From the NCBI GenBank assembly GCA_017552455.1, contig JAFZPX010000027.1, positions 59,486-123,485 of the forward strand: a DNA stretch of 64,000 nucleotides, written 5' to 3'. The notes beneath the pieces are model-generated. The model did not search any database. It was not told where the DNA came from and saw only the letters and a program-made list of their open reading frames with translations. This document shows, one piece after another, positions 47,706 to 57,428 of this stretch (position 1 is its first letter; every line of letters starts with the position of its first letter). Source of the stretch: Clostridiales bacterium. GTDB taxonomy: Bacteria; Bacillota; Clostridia; Saccharofermentanales; Saccharofermentanaceae. The position numbers were made by a program, and so were the translations under genes.

Positions 47706-49083
47706 CTGTATCCTCCTCTTTGGACTCCTTCTCTACCTTCTCATCGCTCTTAGCGCCCTTGCCCTTCGACAGGTGCATTACACCGAGAGCAGCAAGACCG
47801 AGAACTGCAACTGCACCGATAACGGAAAGTGAGATAAGAAGGATATCAAGACCCTTGTTACCTGTCAGTGAACCTACGGAAGAAACAGGCTCTGTTTCTG
47901 TAGGAAGCGGCTGACCTAAGATATCAGTTGCCAATGTCTCAGCAGGAACAGGTGTAGGAGCAGCTGCATAAGCATCGTTTGTATAGAATTCGTATTCGTT
48001 GTTATTGATAGCATCAGAGATCATCTCGCTCATCTTCTTAACGATAAGCTGATCCTGAGCAGACTGGTCGATCTCAGTAGTACCGATGTATGCAACAATG
48101 AAGTATCCGAAGTTCTCGGAATAGATCATGTCGAGATCGCCTTCCTGTCTTGATTCATCCCAAGCCCACTGTGTGAAGACCTCGTCGATGGAACCGTCGT
48201 CAGGTACACCGATCTCACCGTAATCTGCAACCTCACCGTTTGTATAAGCAAGAGCCGCGCTTACTGTGAATGCATCAACATCACCTGCAGCCTCTTCAAA
48301 CATTGCAGTAGCGGCAGCCTCAGCAGCAGCTTTGTCTTCATCAGTAGCCGTAGTGGGATCCACCATAAAGAGTGTATATCTGACATTAGGAACTGTGATC
48401 TCTTCGGGATCGAGCTCATAGTTCTCGATGAAGTTCTGTGTGTAGTAATCAGCGAGGTAGTAATCGATTACCGTAGTTCTGAAGTCCTCAAGATTAGCAC
48501 CCTCACCGTAGTAGATGGACAGATACTCATCTGTGGAGAGGTTAGCCGCTGCAGCAGCGCTGTTTAACTCTTCCATCATGGAATCGATCTGAGCCATTGT
48601 CGTATCGGGAAGTGTAAGACCTTCATCAGCTGCGAGCTTGTTGATGATGCAGGCACTCTCGATCATCTCCTCGGAGTAAGCTACGAAGAAATCACCGAAT
48701 GTTGTGTACTGGGATATCTCACCGCTCAAGCCTGTGGAATCAATAGCCGCTGAAAGATCGATAAATCCTTCAGAAGTAGCCGGATAATAGTAACCAGCAT
48801 ACTGTGTGAGTTCAGAGAATGTATCGATGAAGTAGAAGTTAGACTCCGTCATCGGTACAGGCTGGCCCTCGAAGTAATACTGGTGATTAAGATAATTCGG
48901 AAGCTGATTGCCGTAGATAGTCTCGACAGACTCACCTGACAGGTCTACAGTCGTCTGAGTCGTAGCATAAGGGTCGAAGACTGTAGTCTCCGTGGTAGCT
49001 ACTCCGTCATTAGCGGTACAAGCCGCGAGTATGAAAGCGCAGGAAAGCGCTGCTGATATGGTTCTGATTCTGTTATTCTTCAT
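47692..49083 (-). CDS. Acidic foldase-like lipoprotein with C-terminal TM helix
   Basis: Lipobox ILAAC, Thr-rich linker and WAWDESRQEGD (similar to 41500..43035), then a C-terminal TM with charged tail. Confidence 0.6.
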   Translation of the reverse strand: MKNNRIRTISAALSCAFILAACTANDGVATTETTVFDPYATTQTTVDLSGESVETIYGNQLPNYLNHQYYFEGQPVPMTESNFYFIDTFSELTQYAGYYYPATSEGFIDLSAAIDSTGLSGEISQYTTFGDFFVAYSEEMIESACIINKLAADEGLTLPDTTMAQIDSMMEELNSAAAAANLSTDEYLSIYYGEGANLEDFRTTVIDYYLADYYTQNFIENYELDPEEITVPNVRYTLFMVDPTTATDEDKAAAEAAATAMFEEAAGDVDAFTVSAALAYTNGEVADYGEIGVPDDGSIDEVFTQWAWDESRQEGDLDMIYSENFGYFIVAYIGTTEIDQSAQDQLIVKKMSEMISDAINNNEYEFYTNDAYAAAPTPVPAETLATDILGQPLPTETEPVSSVGSLTGNKGLDILLISLSVIGAVAVLGLAALGVMHLSKGKGAKSDEKVEKESKEEDTDADN

Positions 49084-49117
49084 AATCTTTACACTCCATT
49101 CAACAGAACATTATAAC

Positions 49118-50926
49118 TTATCTTGTGGTTATTGTCAGCGAGTCAGTGTCTACGGGCTCGTTGTTCTCTATTACATAGACCTGCATGCGGTCCATATTCA
49201 TATCCTGTGTAATAACCTCTCCGGTATCAGGATCCTCATAGGAAATCTCATAAACTGTAGGATAGGTGGATATAAATACCATATTGCCGCTCGATACCCA
49301 GTGACGGGGCATCTCTGTAGGGTTCGCGATGCTTGTGTACCATGCAGCATCCGCTGAAGGCATATAGTCGTATACTCCGCAGACGTCATAATAAGGCGCG
49401 AGGCGTCTGAACTCCTGAAGGTCATTAACGACCGTCAGCTCTCTTCCCGACTCGAAGTCCGCATAGCCGTCATCTATTTCCATATTAAAGTGGATACCGC
49501 TCAATCCCGGCGTATATATAAGGATCGCAGCATAATCGTGAGCATAATCGCTCGAGAAGAATGAATAGAAAGCCTGGGCACGGTAAGACATCTGCTGTCC
49601 CGTAACCGCATCATTGCTTCTATATACCATATTAATATTCATTGTAAGTTCAGCGCCCGCGAAGAACAGGAATGCTGTCACGAGCATACCGGGAACAAAG
49701 GCAGCCATCCTCTTTTTGGACAACACATTGATAAGTATCGATATAAGGCTTGCAAGAAACAAAGCCCATCCGAAGTAGCACAGCGAGGATGTAAGGTAGC
49801 CCTTGGCATTTAAGTCTCTTACCCACATCTGGTAATTAGCAGTAGCCGCATGCGGGAGTGTGTAGAACACAGCGAACAGCAAACCCGATATGGCGAGCAT
49901 AAGAAGGTTGAAGCTGATGTCTCTTAGCTTCTTGGGCGAAACGCAGGCACTTCTTGCTGCGAAGAAAGCACATATAACGGAGGCTGCCGCACAGCAGGCA
50001 AATACCGGAAGAAACATGCCCTGCAGCAAAGTCTGGAAGCTCGTTACGACATTAACGTTGTCTATGCCCGACAGCGGGAACAGAGCCAGAGAGAATGTCT
50101 GCCACGTATTCGCGAAATCATAGAAGTCACCGTACTCATCTACAGCAGTAACAGTTACGGTAGACACCACAGGGTGTGCCTTCAGGAACTGCAAGATGGC
50201 AAAGAACACAGCTGCCGTTGCCGCGTGCGGGATAAGTCTTACAAAGAACTTAAGGAAAGCTTTCTTTCCATGCTCTTTTCGCTCCTTCCACACATGTGCG
50301 AATGAGATGAGAGCATATATCGTGCAAGCCGTGATGAAGGGCTCATAGACCGTCATGGACTCGTAGTAGAAGAACGCGCTCAGGATGATGCGGATAACGT
50401 TGCGACGAGATCCGAGGTGGCAAAGCCAGCTGTCGTAGAAGTACAGGCCGAGCACCATGAGCGACATTCCGTACATGAAGTCAAACGGATAGCAGTTCAT
50501 GAGATTGTGGTTAGTGTCAATCTGGCAGAAGACTGCGTAGAACGTCACGAATATGAAGCCATAGACGGGACGAGACTTACGGCCGACGACCCAACCTATA
50601 AGACCAACCGTAAACCAGATGGGGATCTGCTGCAAAAGCCAGATGGCAGTAAAGTTTCCCGTGTGAAGTACGGCATATCTTAATGTCAGAACGAATGACG
50701 TTAAGAATCCTACTCGGCCTCTTGCGAGGTTAAAGTCTAGTGCACGGTTGAACCATCCGGAGAAGTCATGCATCCTCGCGAAGATGAAGTCTTCAAACGA
50801 GTCATGGCAACCCAGCACTTCATCCTTAAGGAAGAAGCAAACGAGTGCGGCAACAGCCACAGCGAACAGACCTGATAAGAGGGTCCAGACAGTTTCCTTA
50901 TTAAGCTTTGCTGTCTTCAGACTCAT
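49118..50926 (-). CDS. Polytopic membrane protein, putative GT-C (GtrC/GtrII-like) glycosyltransferase
   Basis: About 11 TM segments, acidic HD..ED after TM1, RGR in the first loop, C-terminal soluble domain. Last gene after the GtrB-like gene. Confidence 0.6.
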   Translation of the reverse strand: MSLKTAKLNKETVWTLLSGLFAVAVAALVCFFLKDEVLGCHDSFEDFIFARMHDFSGWFNRALDFNLARGRVGFLTSFVLTLRYAVLHTGNFTAIWLLQQIPIWFTVGLIGWVVGRKSRPVYGFIFVTFYAVFCQIDTNHNLMNCYPFDFMYGMSLMVLGLYFYDSWLCHLGSRRNVIRIILSAFFYYESMTVYEPFITACTIYALISFAHVWKERKEHGKKAFLKFFVRLIPHAATAAVFFAILQFLKAHPVVSTVTVTAVDEYGDFYDFANTWQTFSLALFPLSGIDNVNVVTSFQTLLQGMFLPVFACCAAASVICAFFAARSACVSPKKLRDISFNLLMLAISGLLFAVFYTLPHAATANYQMWVRDLNAKGYLTSSLCYFGWALFLASLISILINVLSKKRMAAFVPGMLVTAFLFFAGAELTMNINMVYRSNDAVTGQQMSYRAQAFYSFFSSDYAHDYAAILIYTPGLSGIHFNMEIDDGYADFESGRELTVVNDLQEFRRLAPYYDVCGVYDYMPSADAAWYTSIANPTEMPRHWVSSGNMVFISTYPTVYEISYEDPDTGEVITQDMNMDRMQVYVIENNEPVDTDSLTITTR

Positions 50927-51857
50927 CAAAGTTGATCCTCTCCTCCTCTACTACAAGAGGGCGATTCATGATTCGCTCGTTAATATTAAGAATGTACTCT
51001 CCCAAGAAGCCGATGAAGAACAGCTGTATCGAACCTAACAGGAACATACCGATAGTTACAGGCGCCATACCTGCAGGGAAATCATTCCAGTTGCAAAGCT
51101 TCAGAATAAGGTAAACGAGAGCAACGATTACGCTTAATGCTGCTACGACACCGCCTCCGATAGTCGCGATGCGAAGACCGATCTTCGTGTAGGAAGTGAT
51201 CGACAGCATAGCCGTATCGTAAAGCGTGTAGAAATTGTTGTGAGTCTTTCCCGCTCTTCTCTGAGGCTGCTCGAAGGGGATGGTCTTTATCTTAAAGCCA
51301 AGCTCGCCGACGATTCCTCTTAAGAAAGGCTTAGGATCCTTAAGGTCTCTCATTACATTAACGAAGCTCTTGTCGTAAAGGCCTGCACCTGTGAAGTGCT
51401 CGATCTGCTCTACGTCAGAGAACTTCTTTATTATCTTGTAGTAAACGCTTCTCAAGAAATAAACAAAGCCGTTCTCCTTGGATGAAGTCTTAACTCCGAC
51501 TACGATCTTATAGCCGTTCTCCCACTCGTGAACGTACTTAGGGATCATCTCGACAGGGTCCTGGAAATCGCATGCCATGGAGATCGTGCAGTCTCCTGTG
51601 GTCTGGAGGATTCCGTAGTAAGGGGAGTTATTCTGGCCGAAGTTTCTGGCATTGAAGATAGCCTTGATCTTCGGGTTAGCTTCACAGATCTGACGAAGCT
51701 TCGGACGTGTCAGATCCTTCGAATCGTTATCTATGAATACGATCTCATAGTCGTAATTCGGAAGGTCTGTCTTAAACATCTTAACAAGAGCCTCGGACAT
51801 CGGTCCTACGTTCTCTTCTTCGTTATAACAAGGGATCAGCACGCTTATCTTCTTCAT
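50901..51857 (-). CDS. GT2 polyprenyl-phosphate glycosyltransferase (GtrB/ArnC-like)
   Basis: ISVLIPCYNEE, DNDSKD, RNFG, DFQDP, two C-terminal TMs and GFLGEYI...RP. Confidence 0.9.
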   Translation of the reverse strand: MKKISVLIPCYNEEENVGPMSEALVKMFKTDLPNYDYEIVFIDNDSKDLTRPKLRQICEANPKIKAIFNARNFGQNNSPYYGILQTTGDCTISMACDFQDPVEMIPKYVHEWENGYKIVVGVKTSSKENGFVYFLRSVYYKIIKKFSDVEQIEHFTGAGLYDKSFVNVMRDLKDPKPFLRGIVGELGFKIKTIPFEQPQRRAGKTHNNFYTLYDTAMLSITSYTKIGLRIATIGGGVVAALSVIVALVYLILKLCNWNDFPAGMAPVTIGMFLLGSIQLFFIGFLGEYILNINERIMNRPLVVEEERINFDESEDSKA

Positions 51858-52795
51858 GCTCCAAACTCCTCTCTGAACCATTCCACTGTTTCTCTGATTC
51901 CCTGCTCGAATGTATACTCGGGAGCAAATCCGGTATCTTCGACCAGAGAAGAAGTATCGGCACAAAGGTACATTACCTGGCCGGGATAATACTCGACCTC
52001 ACCGAATCCTATGGGAAGTCTCGGATCGATCGCGTCTCTTATCGCTTCGATATATTCGCTTAAGCGTCTTACACTGCCGGAACCTACAGAATAGACTGCA
52101 CCGTCACGGCCCTTGGTAGCCGCGAGGAAGAATGCCTTAGCCGCATCCTTGCAGTACAGATAATCCCACATCTGTTCAGCCTTCGTGTAAGAAGCTTTCT
52201 TTCCTTCAATCATTTGTCCGATGCCGCTCATTACCATGGTATGAGCACCGTCGTAGGGACCGTATACGCTTAAGATCCTGCACCATACGTGCTTTAACCC
52301 GAGCTTCTTAGCCTCGATCCTCGTCATCTGTCCTGCAGCAAGCTTACCGATGCCGTATCCGTTTGTCGGGAAGCAAGGTGTATCAGGAGCAACTTTCGCG
52401 CCGTCCTTTAAAGGTCCGCACTCAGCCTGTGAGCCAGCACCGAGGAAAGCTTCACACTTAAGTGCAGCCGCTGCTCTGACTGCTGCGATGGAAGCCTCGA
52501 TATTTGCCATCTGAATATCCATGTCATCTCTTGAAGCACCATGTGTGCCGTCCCAGGAGAAGTGGAAGAACAGATCCGCGGAATCAATGCCTGAAGCACT
52601 TAACACCTCGGGCAGATCCTCGATATCGTTAAGGTCGAGCTCAACGACAGTTACGTTGTCGTCATCGGGTATATTCATAAGTCTAGATGACCCCGGACGA
52701 GCAATCGCGACGACCTCATATCCTTCCTTAAGAAGAACTTCGATCGTTGCAACTCCGAGCATTCCCGTTGAACCTGTAACTATCGCACGACTCAT
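51854..52795 (-). CDS. NAD(P)-dependent NDP-sugar reductase/epimerase (extended SDR)
   Basis: TGSTGMLG, GSQAE, YGIGK, SVYGP and WDYLY..D. Confidence 0.88.
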   Translation of the reverse strand: MSRAIVTGSTGMLGVATIEVLLKEGYEVVAIARPGSSRLMNIPDDDNVTVVELDLNDIEDLPEVLSASGIDSADLFFHFSWDGTHGASRDDMDIQMANIEASIAAVRAAAALKCEAFLGAGSQAECGPLKDGAKVAPDTPCFPTNGYGIGKLAAGQMTRIEAKKLGLKHVWCRILSVYGPYDGAHTMVMSGIGQMIEGKKASYTKAEQMWDYLYCKDAAKAFFLAATKGRDGAVYSVGSGSVRRLSEYIEAIRDAIDPRLPIGFGEVEYYPGQVMYLCADTSSLVEDTGFAPEYTFEQGIRETVEWFREEFGA

Positions 52796-52797
52796 AT

Positions 52798-54627
52798 TTA
52801 TACCTTCTTTCCGGGGATCGATGCCTTGAGCGCATCGAACTCTTCTCTGTCGAGGAACGGGAACATATCATCTATCGGCGGTGATACGATTCGTCCGTCG
52901 GGCAGTACTTTACTGCTGAGCTTCGGCTCGAAGTTCTGCTCGTGATCGACAATAACCTCGCACAATACGGGATCGTCACCCTGCAGAGCCTCATTAACCT
53001 TAGCCTCTATATCATCTGTATTATCTATCTTTACATAACGCATTCCGTAAGCAGGTGCGAGCTTGGACAGATCAGGGAAAGACAATCCGTTGCCGTCGCA
53101 TACACCTACGAGCGGCGGATTGAACTTCGCCGTCTGTGTCTGTCTGATCGAGTGGTAACCATTGTTATTGATGATGAAAGTCTTGAGCGGCAGCTGGTTG
53201 TAGATAACAGTCTGCATCTCCTGAATATTCATCTGGAACGATCCGTCGCCGTCAACGCAGATCGTTCTCTTATCGCCTCTTGCAACAGCGCATCCGAGTG
53301 CTGCCGGGAAACCGTATCCCATCGCTGCACAACCGGAATTCGTAAACAGTCTCGTCTCATCCTTAACATGCATTCCCTGGAATGTAACTACGCATGCAGA
53401 TCCGTTACCGCAGATAACCGCATCGTCCTCTGCGAGCACCTTTGAGAATCTGTCTATGAACACGTAAGGATTGATAGGGCTCTTCTTGCTCTCGTAAGAA
53501 GGGATGCAAGCAGGATACTTCGCATCAACATCGCGGCTCCACTTAAGCCATTCAGCGTGAGTGTCACCGCCGTCAAATCCTGAAGCTATGATCGAATCAA
53601 GCACATCCGTTACGTCCGCATGCACCTTCATGTCGATCTTAATCGTAGGCTTGTTAAGCTCCGCCTCATCGATGTCTACCATGATCTTATAAGCATCCGG
53701 AGACCATCCAGCGAAGTTATAACTAATCTGTCTTATATTAAGTCTGCAACCCATTGAGAGGATGAGGTCGCTTCCCTGCATTACGAAGTTACCGCCGCGC
53801 GTTCCGACTGTACCCGGACGTCCGCAGTAATATGGATTATCATCAGCAACAAGATCGTGTGCGTTCCATGCGGTAACGACAGGTATCTTGAGCATGTCCA
53901 TTACCTTGAGCATCTTGTCCTTCACGCCTGCGAATCTTATTCCTTCACCGACGATCATGACGGGGCGCTCAGCCTTACTTATCTTCTCGAGGATCTCCTT
54001 CGTCAAAGCCTCATCGTAAACGGGCTTCTCCTGTGCGAGGATTTCCTTCTCCTCTTCACTTCCCTCGAAATGTCTTAACTCATTTTCCTCCACGGGTGCT
54101 GCCTGCACATCGAGAGGGATGTCGAGCCAAACGGGGCCCTTACGGCCGGAGTTTGCGAGGCACCATGCCTTTTCGAGGTGGTAGTAGATGTCGTTAGGTT
54201 CCGTGATCATAACTGCATACTTTGTCATGCAGGAGACCGCGTCCACGATGGGGAACTCCTGGTCGCCGAGCTGTCTTAACTTGAGGTCGGGCACGGACCA
54301 CAATGTCGTCTCGCGCTTTACCTGGCCTGAGATGACAAACATAGGAACGGAGTCCAAGTAGCCTCCCATGACGCCGGTGATGGCATTGGTGCCGCCGGGG
54401 CCGGAAGTTACGCATACAGCAGCGATCTTACCCGTGAGTCTGCCGTAGCCTTCAGCTGCGATGGAGCAGGCCTGCTCGTGGTGGTTATATGTGCACTTAA
54501 GTCTGGGGCTGTGACCCAAAGCATCGTTAAGATGCATCGCGCCGCCGCCCGTTATCGTGAAGACGTCAGTCACGCCTTTATCTGCAAGAAAATCCGCAAC
54601 AATCTGCGCTACTTTCTTCATACTCAC
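52798..54627 (-). CDS. ThDP-dependent enzyme, acetolactate-synthase-like (YerE-like)
   Basis: GGGAMHLND, HHEQ, TSGPG.TN, GDGSFQMN...NNNGY. Lies in an NDP-sugar operon. Confidence 0.85.
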   Translation of the reverse strand: MSMKKVAQIVADFLADKGVTDVFTITGGGAMHLNDALGHSPRLKCTYNHHEQACSIAAEGYGRLTGKIAAVCVTSGPGGTNAITGVMGGYLDSVPMFVISGQVKRETTLWSVPDLKLRQLGDQEFPIVDAVSCMTKYAVMITEPNDIYYHLEKAWCLANSGRKGPVWLDIPLDVQAAPVEENELRHFEGSEEEKEILAQEKPVYDEALTKEILEKISKAERPVMIVGEGIRFAGVKDKMLKVMDMLKIPVVTAWNAHDLVADDNPYYCGRPGTVGTRGGNFVMQGSDLILSMGCRLNIRQISYNFAGWSPDAYKIMVDIDEAELNKPTIKIDMKVHADVTDVLDSIIASGFDGGDTHAEWLKWSRDVDAKYPACIPSYESKKSPINPYVFIDRFSKVLAEDDAVICGNGSACVVTFQGMHVKDETRLFTNSGCAAMGYGFPAALGCAVARGDKRTICVDGDGSFQMNIQEMQTVIYNQLPLKTFIINNNGYHSIRQTQTAKFNPPLVGVCDGNGLSFPDLSKLAPAYGMRYVKIDNTDDIEAKVNEALQGDDPVLCEVIVDHEQNFEPKLSSKVLPDGRIVSPPIDDMFPFLDREEFDALKASIPGKKV

Positions 54628-55292
54628 TCCTCCTCGAAAAGCACCGTCATCTCCATCGGGTGATCCGCGTAGAACACGTGCTCAAATTCATTAATATCTT
54701 CGCCTCCGAACTGACCGAAACCGAATCCGAACGAGACTCCGCAGAAGGGCGAACCTGCAAGCTTAGCTCCGTTCGCATCGTGGTTGGAGTCACCGACCAT
54801 GAGGACCTTGGAAGCATCTTCAACTCCCAAAGAATCTATGCACATCTTGATGATGTCTTTCTTCAGAAGCTTTCCGCCGTAATCAGAACCGAAGATGTGA
54901 TCTGTGTACTCGCCGAAGCCCATCGCGAGCAAAAGCTTCTCGGCATAATCCTGCTTCTTATAAGTCGCGATACCAATCGGGATATTCTTGTTCTTAAGGT
55001 AATCCAGCAGATCCATGATTCCGTCGTAGGGCTTTGCCAGAAGCAGGTTATGGTTGCTGTAACGATCGCGGAAGTACTTGCATACTTCCGTAAGCTTATC
55101 TCCCGTTACGCCGCATCTTCCCTCGAATGACCACTCGATCGGAGGACCTATGAACTTCAGAATATCCTCTTCGGGAGGGCACGGAAGATCAAAGTGCTCT
55201 ATCGTCTCTTTTACTGACTTAACGATACCCTCCGAGGTATCAAGGAGGGTTCCGTCTACATCAAATAAGACCGCTTCATATCTTCTGCTCAT
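54624..55292 (-). CDS. HAD family phosphatase
   Basis: FDVDGTLLDT, AT.K, K and MVGDS..D motifs. Confidence 0.9.
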   Translation of the reverse strand: MSRRYEAVLFDVDGTLLDTSEGIVKSVKETIEHFDLPCPPEEDILKFIGPPIEWSFEGRCGVTGDKLTEVCKYFRDRYSNHNLLLAKPYDGIMDLLDYLKNKNIPIGIATYKKQDYAEKLLLAMGFGEYTDHIFGSDYGGKLLKKDIIKMCIDSLGVEDASKVLMVGDSNHDANGAKLAGSPFCGVSFGFGFGQFGGEDINEFEHVFYADHPMEMTVLFEEE

Positions 55293-56887
55293 GTTATGTC
55301 GTACCTTGTCGTTGTTAAGAAATTGACCTTGATGTCATCCTTGTGAGAACGGATGAATCCCGACATGTAGTTGTTAAGGTAATCCGCTTTCTGCTTTGCA
55401 AATTCGTATTCCTTACCTTCGTCGAGATAGTTCGCATCTGTTCCGGAATAACCGTCGAAGCCTGCGAGATTAACTTCCTTTATACCGCTTCTCATAAGCA
55501 CCTTAAGTATCATCATGAGAGAGTTATCGGCATACTCGGAAGATCTGTCGAGCAGCTCGCTTATGTTGACTACATAATCAAACGGCTTGTCAGTCGGAGT
55601 GACGTTTGATGTCGCGATAACAGGCACCTTCTGCTTGGAAAGCAACGTCGACAGCTGTATGTAACGCTTGCTGTTCGTAAGGAATATGTAGTCCGGCATA
55701 AACGCCTTGCTTGCATAGTTTATGGAAATGATGACAGGATTCCTGCTCATGACGAATTCGCTTATGCGGCGGCTCTCCGTCTCCATGGTGGTTCCGGGAC
55801 CTGTGATAAGAAGTGTCTTGCCTGTAAGCTTATCGGCGAGCGCCTTAAGAGACTCTGTATCATTGATCTCCTTATCCTGGAATTCAAGGTAAAGCTTCTC
55901 CATGTAGTCCTTGTCGTACAGGAGCTTCTTCTCGCCTTCGAGCTTACCAAGAAGCTCGGTCATCTGACTTATAGACAACGTGTGCTTATTCGTCAGCTGC
56001 TTTACATAGTCGGGGTGGCAGTCGTTACTCGCCGCGATGAAGAAGAACAGACTGTATCCCCATGTCGCCGGCTGATAGAACTGCATGATATTGGCATCGA
56101 TAGCCTCGAGGTACTGGCTTAACTGATAGTCCTTGCCGTACTCGTTATTCATGTGCATGGCAACAAGCTCGATAGGCGCATTGCCCGCACTCTTACCCAT
56201 GCCGTACAGAGAACCGTCAACGAGGAGATCCCTGTCAGTCTCCTTCGAGTAAGCAAGTACCATCTGGCAGTTCGCATAACCCATCTGGAAGTTGTTGTGA
56301 CCGTGATAACCGATCGCGATATCCGCATCGAGATTCTTATCAAGGATCTCGAGTATGTGTCTTAAGTCATTCTGATGAGTAAGTCCGTAAGTATCTACCA
56401 TGGATACGGCATCGGGCTTTCGTTCGTTTGCGAGTCTGCACAGGTCCAAAAGTTCTTCGTCAGAGTAAGCAGTAACGCTTACGAGCTGTGCGAAGACTAT
56501 ATATCCGAGCTTCTTCAACTCAGCGCAGAAATCGAGAGCCTGCACTCTTAAGTGTTTCTTGAAGATGACTCTTATACCATCAAGATAACTCTCATCACAC
56601 GGCTTAATATTCTCAAGACCGCATGTGCCGTAGTCGATCATGCCAAAGACCTTCGTGTTCTTACGGTCGAGATCTCCGTAGATCTTCTCTACACTGTCCG
56701 TATCAGGCATGATGCTTCTGTTGTAATCGAAAGGTCGTCTTTCATCAAGGAAGCCGATCTCTATGATGTCAGTTCCGGCATCAACTACACGCTCGAAGAT
56801 GGAGACCATATTATCGTGGTCGAACTTCCAGTCGTTTACGTATCCGCCGTCGCGAAGCGTGCAATCAAGCAGGCTGATTCTCATCAC
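55289..56887 (-). CDS. DRE-TIM (HMGL-like) 4-hydroxy-2-oxoacid aldolase with extra C-terminal domain
   Basis: LLDCTLRDGGY, VDTYG, HGHNN and GMGKSAGN. C-terminal GPG...IN...PDY...L.GFDG. Confidence 0.82.
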   Translation of the reverse strand: MMRISLLDCTLRDGGYVNDWKFDHDNMVSIFERVVDAGTDIIEIGFLDERRPFDYNRSIMPDTDSVEKIYGDLDRKNTKVFGMIDYGTCGLENIKPCDESYLDGIRVIFKKHLRVQALDFCAELKKLGYIVFAQLVSVTAYSDEELLDLCRLANERKPDAVSMVDTYGLTHQNDLRHILEILDKNLDADIAIGYHGHNNFQMGYANCQMVLAYSKETDRDLLVDGSLYGMGKSAGNAPIELVAMHMNNEYGKDYQLSQYLEAIDANIMQFYQPATWGYSLFFFIAASNDCHPDYVKQLTNKHTLSISQMTELLGKLEGEKKLLYDKDYMEKLYLEFQDKEINDTESLKALADKLTGKTLLITGPGTTMETESRRISEFVMSRNPVIISINYASKAFMPDYIFLTNSKRYIQLSTLLSKQKVPVIATSNVTPTDKPFDYVVNISELLDRSSEYADNSLMMILKVLMRSGIKEVNLAGFDGYSGTDANYLDEGKEYEFAKQKADYLNNYMSGFIRSHKDDIKVNFLTTTRYDIT

Positions 56888-57428
56888 TCTCGTCTTTTCC
56901 TTTCTTTTGTCCGTAAGCCCAGAACTTGTTAAGAACGAAGTTTATCGGAACCGCCACTACAAGATTGATAAGCGGCGGGATGTACTTGTTTAAGTGGAAA
57001 ACATTAACACCTACATGCGAGATGAGGTTGGAAAGTCCAAGTCCCGTGAAAGCATAAGCAAGATAAGTCTTGATCAAAGTCTTCCACCAAACTCTCTTCT
57101 CCTTGCTCTCATCTTCCTTGAAGACGAACTTATTACTGAGCATAAATGCCCACAGTACGCTCAGGATGAATGCAACTGTATTTCCGATATAGATATCCGT
57201 ATTTGGGAACAGATTGTACTTTCCGAGTATAAATAGTGTCGCCGCATTGATAAGGTACGAGACAACTGTGTTCGTAACACCTACAAGTGCGAACTTAACA
57301 AACTGAAGGAATGATTCGGCTGCTTCACCTTCGAGCTTCTTGCCGAAGGGCATGAGCAGAAGGTTCATGCACCAGAGCACGAACCTCTCGAACCAGTTCC
57401 TTTCCTGTATTGTTTCCGTATTCTCCAT
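56865..57428 (-). CDS. GtrA family flippase-like protein
   Basis: QFVKFALVG..NT.V, four TMs, ...FVF and NF.LNKFW. Confidence 0.9.
   Translation of the reverse strand: MENTETIQERNWFERFVLWCMNLLLMPFGKKLEGEAAESFLQFVKFALVGVTNTVVSYLINAATLFILGKYNLFPNTDIYIGNTVAFILSVLWAFMLSNKFVFKEDESKEKRVWWKTLIKTYLAYAFTGLGLSNLISHVGVNVFHLNKYIPPLINLVVAVPINFVLNKFWAYGQKKGKDESDENQPA

Noticed and set aside
49084-49117. T-box leader for gatCAB
   Set aside because: The intergenic space is only about 34 bp and has no T-box consensus.
52798-54627. Branched-chain amino acid acetolactate synthase (ilvB)
   Set aside because: No ilvN/ilvC/ilvD is nearby, and the gene is embedded and translationally coupled in an NDP-sugar operon.
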